A stretch of DNA of 64,000 bases from Candidatus Sericytochromatia bacterium. GTDB taxonomy: Bacteria > Cyanobacteriota > Sericytochromatia > S15B-MN24 > JAQBPE01. Made by a program: the position numbers and the translations under genes. Location: the NCBI GenBank assembly GCA_040400605.1, contig JBBAPZ010000004.1, positions 16,721 to 80,720 on the forward strand, written 5' to 3'. Each line of letters starts with the position of its first letter. The stretch's first letter is position 1. Of the stretch, positions 27,681-37,707 are shown piece after piece. The notes below the pieces were generated by a model. The model made no database searches, was not told the DNA's origin, and worked only from the letters and a program-made list of their open reading frames with translations.

Positions 27681-28685
27681 TCAGGGCTTGAGCCCATTGA
27701 GCGTGAACGCGTTGGGGGTCGCCTGGCGAATGCCCAAGGGGAGCAATTCGAAAGCGGCCTGTGACTGGGGGTTGTCCGGAAGTGTGATGGTCAGTTTCCC
27801 ATTTTGAATACTGTCCGGTATACGCCAGAATTTTTGCCCGTTACCGTCAATGGTGATAATCACTTCGTCGCGTCGTGAGGGAATCGGTGAGGCGGTGATC
27901 TCGAGGCGATGGGTTCCGGTACGGTTAATATTGGTGCGTTGGATGGCTTCAATGACTGTGGTGGCTGCGATGAGGGACAGTGCCGGGGTTCTGGAAAGGG
28001 AGATGTTGAGGATCTGATCACTTTCGCAGCGTAAGCCGCCAGGTGTTCGCCCTGATGTGGTGATGAGCAGGTTGCCCCAATCAGTCCGAGCGGGGTTGAG
28101 CGCAGGCAAGGTCCCTTCAAAGAATCCCTCTGCATTGCTGGTAACCGTCAGGTTGCTGCCGGCACCATTATTGGATTGTGAGTCGACCAGGCGAATGGTC
28201 GCGTTGGTTAGGGCAGCACCTCGTGGGTCGGTGGCTACGCCACCCACGAGGAGACTGGTTGCGGCTTGGGATGGGTATCCGGTCGCGGGAATCAGTGCTA
28301 GATTGATGCGAGACAGTCCACTAGCCGGGTTGATGGAGCAGGCGAGTCGTACGGGCAAGAACCCGTCGCTGCTGACCCGAAGGTGATAAGTGCCGCTTGG
28401 CACATCTTTGAAGCCATAGCATCCTGCTTCATCAGTTGTGCCTGTGAGTTTCAGTTCTTCAAGTTCGACGGCCACACCGGATCGTCCGCGCCATTGTTGG
28501 TTCGCTTCAAGCGCGGCGACCTTGCCAACCAAGGTGCCAGGCGTAAGGGGTGTGCCGCGATTGGCGAGCGTAAAGGCGTAGGACGCCAGGGCGATCGCCT
28601 GGGGGATTGCTGCATTCGGAGTCAGACAACTGCAGACGAGGCCGGTCAGACAGACGCTCACCGTGCGAGCGATCACCCGCATCAT
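27681..28685 (-). CDS. Lipoprotein with carboxypeptidase-regulatory-like (prealbumin-fold) domains; paralog of the N-terminus of 29435-31903
   Basis: Signal + Cys (LVCSC); TDEAGCYGF..VPSGTY, GVATDPRGAAL, SNAEGFF. Confidence 0.7.
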   Translation of the reverse strand: MMRVIARTVSVCLTGLVCSCLTPNAAIPQAIALASYAFTLANRGTPLTPGTLVGKVAALEANQQWRGRSGVAVELEELKLTGTTDEAGCYGFKDVPSGTYHLRVSSDGFLPVRLACSINPASGLSRINLALIPATGYPSQAATSLLVGGVATDPRGAALTNATIRLVDSQSNNGAGSNLTVTSNAEGFFEGTLPALNPARTDWGNLLITTSGRTPGGLRCESDQILNISLSRTPALSLIAATTVIEAIQRTNINRTGTHRLEITASPIPSRRDEVIITIDGNGQKFWRIPDSIQNGKLTITLPDNPQSQAAFELLPLGIRQATPNAFTLNGLKP

Positions 28686-29365
28686 TCTTTGAGCAGCACA
28701 AAATTGGACACATTGACCAAGTGTCCCGTTCCCAAGGTCACCGTCGTCGGCGCCGGATCACTGGCGTAGCCGGACTTGCGCACGGAGACATAGTATTTGC
28801 CCTGTGCCAGCCCACCAATCTGATAGGCCCCATTCGTGCCTGTCACAAGTTCCGCGCGCTGGGTCCCTGTCATTGGCCGGATGGTCACAGTTGTCCCAGC
28901 CAAGGGCTGGATGGCGTTATCCGGTATGACCAGCACGGTAACGCCTGTAATGGTTGCTGGCCCTGGAGCAAGATTATTGATAATCACCTGCGCCGTTACC
29001 GGTGTGTCGGTAGCACTGGCGAATGGCGTGGTGCTCGCTGCCACGCCACTGGGTGTCGGTACTCGAGATGGTTTCAAGGACGCCAACACGGCTACCGACG
29101 CTTGAGTGGGCTCAGACGGAAACGCGCTCAGCGGCAGGGGTGACACATACCCTGACGGCAACGGTGTTGGTGATTCGGGTCGCGGCGGCCTCGACAGAGG
29201 CACTACAGCCGCTGACGCCCGAACCACTGGTTTGGCGCCAGCGGCTGCGAGTACCTTGCCGGCTTGGTTGCCATTTTTAGGCAGGGGCGTACGCACCGGC
29301 TGCGCCACGCACGCTGTGATGGATAGGATCAGGCAAACGACAGCACCGGGACGTGTGATAAACAT
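28682..29365 (-). CDS. Lipoprotein with Pro/Ser/Thr linker and C-terminal carboxypeptidase-regulatory-like domain
   Basis: Lipobox SITAC; TGTNGAYQIGGLAQGKYYVSVRKSGY. Confidence 0.7.
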   Translation of the reverse strand: MFITRPGAVVCLILSITACVAQPVRTPLPKNGNQAGKVLAAAGAKPVVRASAAVVPLSRPPRPESPTPLPSGYVSPLPLSAFPSEPTQASVAVLASLKPSRVPTPSGVAASTTPFASATDTPVTAQVIINNLAPGPATITGVTVLVIPDNAIQPLAGTTVTIRPMTGTQRAELVTGTNGAYQIGGLAQGKYYVSVRKSGYASDPAPTTVTLGTGHLVNVSNFVLLKE

Positions 29366-29434
29366 CTTGGAGGCCTCTTGGCACATCGAAAGAAACGGGG
29401 ACACCTTGGCGCGGTGTCCCCGTTCAATCGATAA

Positions 29435-31903
29435 CTACAGGTTGTTGACGGTGGCAGGATCCGCCACGTTCTTGTTCATCGCTTGGTTCTTGGTCGCATC
29501 CGTGAAAGGATTGAGCAAATTGAAGAAGGTGGTAGTCGCCCCGAAGGTGGCACCTACCCCGCCACCTAAGGTCAACGCGGCCCCACTTTCTTTACGCAGG
29601 CGGTAATCAATGGTGATCGGTGTGGTAAATGTGTCTGCACCACCAAACGCTGCCGGCGGATCAATCGAAAAGCGCGCGGTAACCGAACCATCCGCGTTCT
29701 GGGTTGAATCAGCCCCCGTGACAAAACTCCACACCGTGTTGGCGGATTGCCTGACAGAGGCTCCTGTGCCTGTGTATTCAGCGATGATGCTGTCGGTACC
29801 GGCAACCGCCGTTGCAACCGGCGCAGCCGCTTTGAATGCCGTCAAGGTGGTGCCTGAGCCCACGATCACCCGGTCAAGGAAATTGTCAGTTGTCTCGTTA
29901 ACCCCTGCCATGATCTGCAAGGTCCTGGTGGTTCCGGCAACCGTGCGTTCCAGCCTGAAGCGGTTGTCAGCCGTCCGGGTGGCGTTCACGAGACCAAAAA
30001 GGCCTGTGTAATTGTTGATGAAACCCAACAAAGTTTCAAGATCCATGCTGGCACTGGGAATGCCGATGGTAATCGGCGCCCCGCCATCAACCTTTAGCAC
30101 GAGCTTGTCAGTGGTGGTGAGCCCCAACGACGTGCCTACCGGCGGCAACGGTGTTTCCGTCCCCGTGATGGTGGCTTTGGCGGCTGCAGCAACCATGTCG
30201 GTTTTGGTGGTATCCGTCAGGGTGAAACGCCCTAACGCCGTGGAACCGGTCGGAGTCAACACCAGGGTTACCCGAGCAAGGCCATCGTTGGCGCCCCCCA
30301 AATCAGTGATGGTCTTCGATGTGATGGTAAACGCTGTTGTATCCACGTTGGCCACCGTCAAGTTTCCAGAATCGGCGGGTGCCACGGTTTTAGTCAAGTC
30401 GGCGGATACCATCCGCGCAGACAGCCCGGTGATTGCAACATTGTCACCATTGTTCAGGGTTACCGGCGCGACAACGTTGACCTGTACAGACGCTTGACCG
30501 TTTGATCCACCTTGACGCGTCGGCAGACTCATTCCGCGAATCGACCACTTGCCGTCCGCTGCTGCAGGCTGACTAATGTTGGCAGCGGTCAAGGTGACCG
30601 GCGCTTGGGCTACCCCACCCACCGTGGGTGTAACCGTGACGGAACCGATCGTGCTGCCAACCGGTGCTGTACCCGCTAATTCCATGTCTTGCGAGACAGA
30701 GGTGCTGCTGTTGGCGATCGTAATGCGATACTGCGCCGTTTCGCCACCCAAAAACGTTGCTGAATTCATTCCGGCTGTCGTAGTATTATCCACCAAAGCA
30801 CTGTTAACCGCGTAAGACACATCCGTATCCAAGTCCGCCTGTGTATACACGGTCACAAAGGAACCCGAGGCGGCAGTGGCTTGAAGGGCTTGGCCAAACG
30901 GTACAATCCTTGCGGTAAAGGTGTTCGCTGGCAAGGTGAATGGAATCCGGAAAGTTACGGTCCCTCTTTGCAAGGTGGTGGGGGTTGCATCGGTGATTAT
31001 CACCGTGTTTGGCAAGACGCCATAGGTTTTGCCCCCGCTGCTAAGCTCAATGTAAAACTCATCGACCCGACTGGACATGTTCGTTGCTTCAAGTGTTGCG
31101 ACCGTATCCATCGGACCATACGACCCGTTTGGGAAAGATGGCGTGCCGGGCCTTGTGAACGCATCGCACTGCGCATTCACGACGAGACTGGTCGAAGTCA
31201 ATGCCAACGCTTTGACTTCGGTTGATTCCAGTTTCACCCCGCCGGGTGATGTACCGCGCGCCGTGACCTGTACCTGCGAAGGAGACAGTGCGCTCACAGC
31301 GATGCTTGGCAGCGATGCCGTGTAGAAGCCGTTGGCATCGGCGGTGACCAAGGGCAAATTGAAGCCGTTTGTTCCCGCATTGCTCAACACTTTGACCGTG
31401 GCACCACCGAGTGCCGAGCCGCGTGGATCCGTCACAACACCTGTAATGATTGCCGTCTGGGTACCGTTGTTACCCTGTAAAACCCTTTTCGGCGCTGCCA
31501 TCGCGATATTGACCCGCGAAACGCCCGCAACCGGTGACAACGTTACCTGCAAGCTGCTCTCATTGAAGCCTTCCTTTGTCGCCGTCAACAAGACGTTGCC
31601 ACTCGGCAAGCCGCCCATCGTGTAGCGTCCTTCCGCATCCGTCACTGCCGTGCCGGATACTCCTTCCGCACGCACGGTCGCTCCCACGACCGGCACAAAG
31701 GCTTTACCGTCAAAGGAAGCGATTACCCCGCTGACGGTGCCCACAGGCAGAACCGGTACTGATTGGGGTTGGCGTACAGCCTGCTTCACCGACGCTCCCT
31801 GACTTTGATCAAGCATGGCCGCCGGCGCGCAAGCGGATGCGGCAAGTGCCGCAGCAACGGCAACAAACAAGACCTTGGATGGTTGACGACTGGAATGCCG
31901 CAT
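29435..31903 (-). CDS. Large Thr/Ala/Val-rich multi-beta-domain surface lipoprotein (S-layer/adhesin-like)
   Basis: RBS AAGGAGG; lipobox LAASAC; two TD.xGxY carboxypeptidase-reg-like repeats; DUF11-like segment (AQYRITIAN...P.G). Confidence 0.7.
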   Translation of the reverse strand: MRHSSRQPSKVLFVAVAAALAASACAPAAMLDQSQGASVKQAVRQPQSVPVLPVGTVSGVIASFDGKAFVPVVGATVRAEGVSGTAVTDAEGRYTMGGLPSGNVLLTATKEGFNESSLQVTLSPVAGVSRVNIAMAAPKRVLQGNNGTQTAIITGVVTDPRGSALGGATVKVLSNAGTNGFNLPLVTADANGFYTASLPSIAVSALSPSQVQVTARGTSPGGVKLESTEVKALALTSTSLVVNAQCDAFTRPGTPSFPNGSYGPMDTVATLEATNMSSRVDEFYIELSSGGKTYGVLPNTVIITDATPTTLQRGTVTFRIPFTLPANTFTARIVPFGQALQATAASGSFVTVYTQADLDTDVSYAVNSALVDNTTTAGMNSATFLGGETAQYRITIANSSTSVSQDMELAGTAPVGSTIGSVTVTPTVGGVAQAPVTLTAANISQPAAADGKWSIRGMSLPTRQGGSNGQASVQVNVVAPVTLNNGDNVAITGLSARMVSADLTKTVAPADSGNLTVANVDTTAFTITSKTITDLGGANDGLARVTLVLTPTGSTALGRFTLTDTTKTDMVAAAAKATITGTETPLPPVGTSLGLTTTDKLVLKVDGGAPITIGIPSASMDLETLLGFINNYTGLFGLVNATRTADNRFRLERTVAGTTRTLQIMAGVNETTDNFLDRVIVGSGTTLTAFKAAAPVATAVAGTDSIIAEYTGTGASVRQSANTVWSFVTGADSTQNADGSVTARFSIDPPAAFGGADTFTTPITIDYRLRKESGAALTLGGGVGATFGATTTFFNLLNPFTDATKNQAMNKNVADPATVNNL

Positions 31904-32378
31904 AAGGGATATTCCTCCTTTTTTTGCCTCTAAGCACGCAGGGGACTCTGAAAACATTGGGTGATTCGGCCTAAAGGCTGCCAGTTAACGAAGTTCACCC
32001 TCGATGCCACAAATGTCGCCGCGGTGGCTCTATTAAAGGCTATACCCAGTAACCTTGGCTGTGATCACATTACAACCCTTGCGAACCCGGCAGATTTGAT
32101 GATCGGTTTATCAATCCGACGACACGGTTCACAACATATCAAGCATCTGTAGCGGCTCTCGATGTGCCATTGTCAATCGGGACCTTGACGGATAATGCGT
32201 AAACCCCGTTGGCTCGCGCTTTGCCGAACCCTTTCACCGTTCAGAACCTCACGCCTGGCCCGATGGTTTTGGCGTAAAACAACTGCGCCCAATGGCGGTA
32301 TCGATCACTGGTGCCATCCGTTGGACTCCGCCAATGTTTCAATCATGCGCGCCGTTGATGACACAAGTGATGACGGCA

Positions 32379-34778
32379 TTATTTTTTTTTGATGACTACC
32401 AGGGAAATGTCATCCAACACACGGTTTGCCCACAACAGACTCTCCTCCAACAAGCGCGATCGAATCGTGGCACTGTCTTGCATGCCGTGCTGCTTGAGCG
32501 CCAGACACAATCGATCCATATCCCACTGTTCACCCTCTTGATTTTGCACCTCGATCAAGCCATCCGTGTAAAACACCAGCACGTCGCCTGAGCGCAGGGC
32601 AAAGGTCTGTTCAACCGTGAAAGGGGTTGAGTCAGGCAATAAAGCAACCCACGGGCCATCGGTGACAATCCGTTCGACCTGATTGGATGCCTGACGATAA
32701 ATCAGGATGTCAAGGTGCGCACCGCAATGCACGAATTGCCCATCCCCTGTATGCTGCAGCACGGACATCGTCATGTGATCGCTCGTCTTCAAGCGATCGC
32801 GAATGTTGTGAAACAACACATGATTCAAGCCGTCATAAAGGGCCTTGGGCGTCATTCGTGGCTGGGCGGCCAACGCACCGAAACAGCTCTGTGCCATCAT
32901 CATAATGAGCCCCGGCGTGAGTCCGTGTCCGGTGACGTCACCAACGCCTACCCAAAATTCGTCCGATGCCCCGGCAGGAATGATCTCGACAAAGTCGCCA
33001 CCCACTTCCTCAGCCGGAACCATGCTGAGCGCCACATCAAAGGTATCGAGGTGTGGCGGCACGGGTAGAAGACTGGTTTGAATCCGGGACGCAATTTCCA
33101 TCTCGCGGCTCAGTCGTGCTTTCTCCGCGCGAGATTGCGCCTGCTGCCGCATAATCGGCGTCGCGATGTGCCCCGACGCGATTCGGCTCGCCAGCACGAC
33201 CAGAATGACCTCGATACCCACCAGTGCGAGGGCAAAGAGCCACAGACGCTGTCGCACGGCCGTTGAGAGTGCCGTCGCTGTGGGAGCCATCGCCAGACTG
33301 GCACGCGAAGCCGCTGCCAGAGCCGAACGTTCAACAACGGCACGCGTTTCAATAACTGCCGCTTCACATTTTTGGCGCATGGCCGTTTCAGCCTGAGAAG
33401 CATAGACATTTCCGATAGGACGCAATGAGGAGACGGCCCCTGCTGCAATGGACTCGGAGCGCGTCTTCATTTTGCGCACGGCTTCATTTGCAATGGTGAG
33501 GGCCTGGCCATTCATGGCCGCGACGGCCTGGCGGGTGTTGTTTGCCGCTTGTTCGCGCATGGTTGCAGCGGTTTGTTTTGACATCGCGTCACTGTTGGCC
33601 TTGAGTTGTGCGATCGATTGCTTGGCAAGATACTGCGCCTGACGCTGCAAAACAGGACGCTGTGCCGCAAGATTCTGAACCACGACTTGCGATGCACTCG
33701 CATTCATTTGATTCAGTGTGCGCGCGATGTCACTTTGAATGCGATCATTATCCACTCGCGCCCGTGCCGCTTTGTAAGCGAAGACCACCGCGCCGCCCTC
33801 TTCTCGACGCGCGAAAACCCCAAGGTATTCGGCTCCGCCGTCCATAAATCGGATCAATTGGTCTTCAGGCGCCCGTCCCTCCAACGCCCGAGCCACGATA
33901 TCCAGTTGTTTGAGCGACGTGCCCTTTTTGAAACGGGTGCTGGCAACCACCCTCCCGCGCGTGTCAACGACCGCCAAATATCCGTCTTGGATGGGTGTGA
34001 CCTTATTGCTTGCGATTCCTTGCGCAAAAATGGATGCGAGGATTTTAAAGTTGACCACGGGCTCCCGTTCAATATCTTGCACGATCCGTTCACTGAGCCG
34101 TTTGGCGGAGTCAGTGGTTTGATGAACAATAACTTGTGCGATTTGGTTGGTGTTGCGTGCGCTCTCAGCAACCACTTCATCCGCGAGTCTTTGCAGGGCT
34201 TTTTCTGATAAACGGGCGCTGCTGCGGGTCATTTCCGCGTTCGATTCAGAGTTCAGGCGAATGAGGGTATTGGCCAACGCTTGCGCCGCCCGTTCGGACT
34301 GATGCACCAGGCTCTTGCCAACTGCGACGATCGCTTGTTCACCCTGCTCGATCAAGGCGCGGTTGGCCTCTGCGAATCGCAATTGGGTGGCATCCAGCAA
34401 AGCGGCTGAGGTGGAGCGAACCGCCTTGCCGCCAATATCCGTTAACTGCTGACCGGTGTTATCCACCTGCTGGCGGGCTTTTTGACTGATTTCGCTGGAT
34501 GTCGAACGAATCGCATCGGCACTGAGTTCACCGAATTGAGATGTTGAACGCTCCAGTGCTGATTGCGCCATGCGCGCCATCCCGGCGACACCGAACAGGG
34601 TGAAGGCGATCGCACCGGCCGCAAAAACCCACAGAAGGGTAGTACGAAGGTCCAAGTCGCGCTTCGCTGAACTGACGTGCAGCTTTTCACGCAGTTTGCC
34701 TTGGCTCAGCCCGGTCTGATCCGCTGCCTGTTCCAAGGGTGTGGTCAAAGACTGCTTGACGCGCTCGGCTCCGGCCAC
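32379..34778 (-). CDS. Membrane PP2C/SpoIIE (RsbU/SiaA-like) Ser/Thr phosphatase with a large extracytoplasmic sensor
   Basis: Two TM segments; ASRIQTSLLP, VGGDF, GDVTGHG, YTDGLIE, DDIS. Confidence 0.9.
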   Translation of the reverse strand: MAGAERVKQSLTTPLEQAADQTGLSQGKLREKLHVSSAKRDLDLRTTLLWVFAAGAIAFTLFGVAGMARMAQSALERSTSQFGELSADAIRSTSSEISQKARQQVDNTGQQLTDIGGKAVRSTSAALLDATQLRFAEANRALIEQGEQAIVAVGKSLVHQSERAAQALANTLIRLNSESNAEMTRSSARLSEKALQRLADEVVAESARNTNQIAQVIVHQTTDSAKRLSERIVQDIEREPVVNFKILASIFAQGIASNKVTPIQDGYLAVVDTRGRVVASTRFKKGTSLKQLDIVARALEGRAPEDQLIRFMDGGAEYLGVFARREEGGAVVFAYKAARARVDNDRIQSDIARTLNQMNASASQVVVQNLAAQRPVLQRQAQYLAKQSIAQLKANSDAMSKQTAATMREQAANNTRQAVAAMNGQALTIANEAVRKMKTRSESIAAGAVSSLRPIGNVYASQAETAMRQKCEAAVIETRAVVERSALAAASRASLAMAPTATALSTAVRQRLWLFALALVGIEVILVVLASRIASGHIATPIMRQQAQSRAEKARLSREMEIASRIQTSLLPVPPHLDTFDVALSMVPAEEVGGDFVEIIPAGASDEFWVGVGDVTGHGLTPGLIMMMAQSCFGALAAQPRMTPKALYDGLNHVLFHNIRDRLKTSDHMTMSVLQHTGDGQFVHCGAHLDILIYRQASNQVERIVTDGPWVALLPDSTPFTVEQTFALRSGDVLVFYTDGLIEVQNQEGEQWDMDRLCLALKQHGMQDSATIRSRLLEESLLWANRVLDDISLVVIKKK

Positions 34779-34822
34779 CCACCAACCTCCTTGTTTTTCC
34801 TGGTTATCTTGTATTGCTTGGG

Positions 34823-36541
34823 CTAACTCGCGGGGTCAAGCCCGCGAATGAGGTCGATGAACAAAGACGTCAACTCAGGATCGAACTGAGTGCCTGAGCA
34901 CCGCTCAACCTCGGCCAGTGCTTCGGACGACGAGACACCTTCGCCATGCACGTAATCGCCACGAACCATGGCGTCATAGGAGTCACAAAGGGCGAGAATG
35001 CGAGCACCGATGGGGATGTTCTTGCCGATAAGACCTTCTGGATAACCCGTCCCGTCGAAGCGTTCATGATGGTACAGCACGGACTCCAACAATCCGGAAA
35101 ACGTCGAGAAACGTGCCAAGATACCTACGCCCATCGCCGGGTGTTCACGCATGCTGTGCCATTCGCGCTCATCCAGTGGCGCCTGCTTCAGAATCACCGC
35201 TTCCGAAACGCCCATCATACCAACGTCGTGAAGCAACCCCGCGATATATAGCGATTCCTGTTTGTCCTGGTTGAAGCCGAGTCGTTCTCCCATCAACCGC
35301 GCATAGTGGCCGACCTGTTCGGAATGCCCCAACATTTTGGGGATCCTCGCTTCGGTTGCAACGGCAAACGCGCGAGCCAAGGCGAAAAACATTTCTTGAG
35401 AACCTTGACGAGGTGCCCCGATATTCTGGATTGCTTCGATGGCGGGACCACTGGCCACGACCACACGATTGCGGCCCGCGTTCTTTGCCGCGTAGAGGGC
35501 GACATCCGCGCGCTTGACAAGGTCCTTGCCCAGCAAATCCTGTTTGGAGCGCGAGACCAGTCCGATTGACGCAGTGACCTTGATGCTGCGTTCATCATTG
35601 ATGGCGATACGCATGGCTTCCAGGTCCTGCCGCAGGCGATCGGCCATGTTAAATGCATCGGACTCCTCCGTTTGAGGCAATATGACGGCGAACTCTTCAC
35701 CACCATATCGTGCCACCAGGTCCGACGACCGAACCGAGTGCTTGAGCAGTTCGGCCGTCTGTTTGAGAACCGCATCCCCCGCTTGATGGCCATGGTTGTC
35801 GTTGATCGACTTGAAGTGATCCAGGTCGAACAACATCAGGCTCAAGGGGCGATCGTATCGAACGCTTTCACGCATTTCCTGCGCCAGACGCTGCTGAAAA
35901 AAATCGTGGGTGGCAAGACCGGTCAAGCCATCCGTGATCGCTTGATTCTGCGCCTCTTCATAAAGGTCGTACAGCCGAAGTGCCATCTCCATTTGCTGCT
36001 CATGGGCCTGCTTGAGGGCCAATTTGGCCGCCTCAGTCTGTTTGACTGCCTGCAGGTATTGATCCCGCGCTTGCGCGTGAGCCGCAAGCAAAGGCAAGAC
36101 CCCCAGCATCTCGGGACTGGGGGAAGACCCGAACAGCAAGCTCAAGTACCCACCTTGTCCCTGTGACAGCGCCAATGCCATATGCACCCACACCCCGTCA
36201 TTTGAGGCCGTCGTGCAATGCAAGTCGCCAGGCATCCAGGCTGCAATTGATGCAGTTGCCGGCAAGCCATCGCCTACGTCTTCCGGTAACGCACCCGCCA
36301 CCAGGTTCCCTGACCCATCCACGATTTTGCCTGCGTGAGCATCCAGAACACTCAGAAGCGCTTGTAAAAGAACTCCCGGCAATTCTTCCTGCGAACCCGT
36401 TTGATTCACCGCAAAGAATGCCTGGGTGAGCAGCTGGTAGTTTGCCAAACCGCTGGCACGAATGCCTTGATAGGTTTGTTCCAACGAAACCGCCGCAGCG
36501 GGATCCAGCGATGTATCTTGACCCGACTGAAAAAGCGTCAT
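34823..36541 (-). CDS. GAF-like/GGDEF/HD-GYP c-di-GMP enzyme
   Basis: TDGLTGL, DLDHFK.IND..GH, RSSD I-site, RYGGEEF; LLHDVG, HHERFDGTGYP. Confidence 0.92.
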   Translation of the reverse strand: MTLFQSGQDTSLDPAAAVSLEQTYQGIRASGLANYQLLTQAFFAVNQTGSQEELPGVLLQALLSVLDAHAGKIVDGSGNLVAGALPEDVGDGLPATASIAAWMPGDLHCTTASNDGVWVHMALALSQGQGGYLSLLFGSSPSPEMLGVLPLLAAHAQARDQYLQAVKQTEAAKLALKQAHEQQMEMALRLYDLYEEAQNQAITDGLTGLATHDFFQQRLAQEMRESVRYDRPLSLMLFDLDHFKSINDNHGHQAGDAVLKQTAELLKHSVRSSDLVARYGGEEFAVILPQTEESDAFNMADRLRQDLEAMRIAINDERSIKVTASIGLVSRSKQDLLGKDLVKRADVALYAAKNAGRNRVVVASGPAIEAIQNIGAPRQGSQEMFFALARAFAVATEARIPKMLGHSEQVGHYARLMGERLGFNQDKQESLYIAGLLHDVGMMGVSEAVILKQAPLDEREWHSMREHPAMGVGILARFSTFSGLLESVLYHHERFDGTGYPEGLIGKNIPIGARILALCDSYDAMVRGDYVHGEGVSSSEALAEVERCSGTQFDPELTSLFIDLIRGLDPAS

Positions 36542-36575
36542 GTCTGTCCCTTTTAAATGCACGCACCCACAAGGT

Positions 36576-36962
36576 TTAAATGGGGATGGCGCTCACCGTT
36601 TTCGGAGCCAGGTAGGTCAACGCCTTGAGGCTGGTTTGTTGCCACGTGACCCGGCTGGAGTATAAGAAGTTGATTCGGTATTTCTGGTGCTCTGCGAGTT
36701 CAGTTTGTCGCATCACCCATTTGATCAGGCTTTTGATGCCGCTGGAGTTCAGAAATGACAATCCCGAGAAATCGGCGTTGACCTCATTTAAGCCCAACAC
36801 CACGATTCGGGCATGGATGCTTTCAAGCGTCGGGTCCATAAACACGCCTGGGTCCGCATCATCGATTTTTCCGACCAATCGAATGGTGAGGGGCGTGACT
36901 GATTCATCGACGCTGATCTCGACCCGGTCTCCTTTATATCCCAGTTTTAACTCTTCGCTCAT
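36576..36962 (-). CDS. STAS-like anti-anti-sigma/SiaC- or Slr1659-like phosphoacceptor protein
   Basis: DFSGLSFLNSSGI motif; C-terminal WQQTSL. Confidence 0.75.
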   Translation of the reverse strand: MSEELKLGYKGDRVEISVDESVTPLTIRLVGKIDDADPGVFMDPTLESIHARIVVLGLNEVNADFSGLSFLNSSGIKSLIKWVMRQTELAEHQKYRINFLYSSRVTWQQTSLKALTYLAPKTVSAIPI

Positions 36963-36965
36963 TAT

Positions 36966-37463
36966 TCAGTCCCGTGCTTTCGTCAATGGAAACGTAACCC
37001 CCAGTGTCACCAGAGCGCCACTGATCGATAAATCGATTTCGCAGCCGGTTTCATAGCGAATTCTCGCCAAGCCCAGCTGAGAGCCTTCAGCTTGCGGGTC
37101 CATCGCGATCCGTTGCATTTTTTGCAAATAAGCCATCAAGGGATCCCCTTGGCTTATCTCGGCATGCTGGCTCCGCAAAATCTCAATGCTTTCCGGCGTT
37201 GCACGATTTTCTACTTCCAAAACCACCATTTCATCCTCTTGAATGGTGAAACGCAAGGACACGTTATCTTCTTGCGATGCGCAGTATTTAACGGCATTTT
37301 CCAGCAGTTCCTGTGCAGTGGTTGCGATCTTGTCCGCAATCTCTTCATCAGCCAAGTGTACATTACAGAAACTCGCCACCATAATCCGCGTCGATGAGAC
37401 GTAACTCCACCATTTGGGGCTAAACGAAATGGTGGCACCGTAAGATGAACAAACGCTTGGCAT
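36966..37463 (-). CDS. GHKL-type Ser/Thr kinase (anti-sigma/SiaB- or Slr1658-like)
   Basis: ELLENAVKY N-box; GSQLGLARI G-box. Confidence 0.75.
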   Translation of the reverse strand: MPSVCSSYGATISFSPKWWSYVSSTRIMVASFCNVHLADEEIADKIATTAQELLENAVKYCASQEDNVSLRFTIQEDEMVVLEVENRATPESIEILRSQHAEISQGDPLMAYLQKMQRIAMDPQAEGSQLGLARIRYETGCEIDLSISGALVTLGVTFPLTKARD

Positions 37464-37707
37464 GCATCCCTCTTGTCGTGTTTCACCCGGTGACGCAGCG
37501 CACAGGCACCCCCACCATGACCCCCCTATACCCCAAAGTGTTTGGGCATAACGAACCGTGGCACGCGCCGCCCGCTATCCCGTGGCCGGCCAATAGGGCA
37601 CGAACATGTCATTGACTGGCGATTGATTGACTATTGAGAGTCCGCAAGACCCGCGATTCGGTGTACCATAAGGCAATCATCATTTCATGGAATGTGGCAA
37701 ACCAACT

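Noticed and set aside
31961..31995. CGGCCTAAAGGCTGCCAGTTAACGAA resembling the 3' half of a c-di-GMP-I riboswitch
   Set aside because: No upstream GGCAAA/GAAA/GACGCAAA elements, and it is on the opposite strand to the adjacent gene
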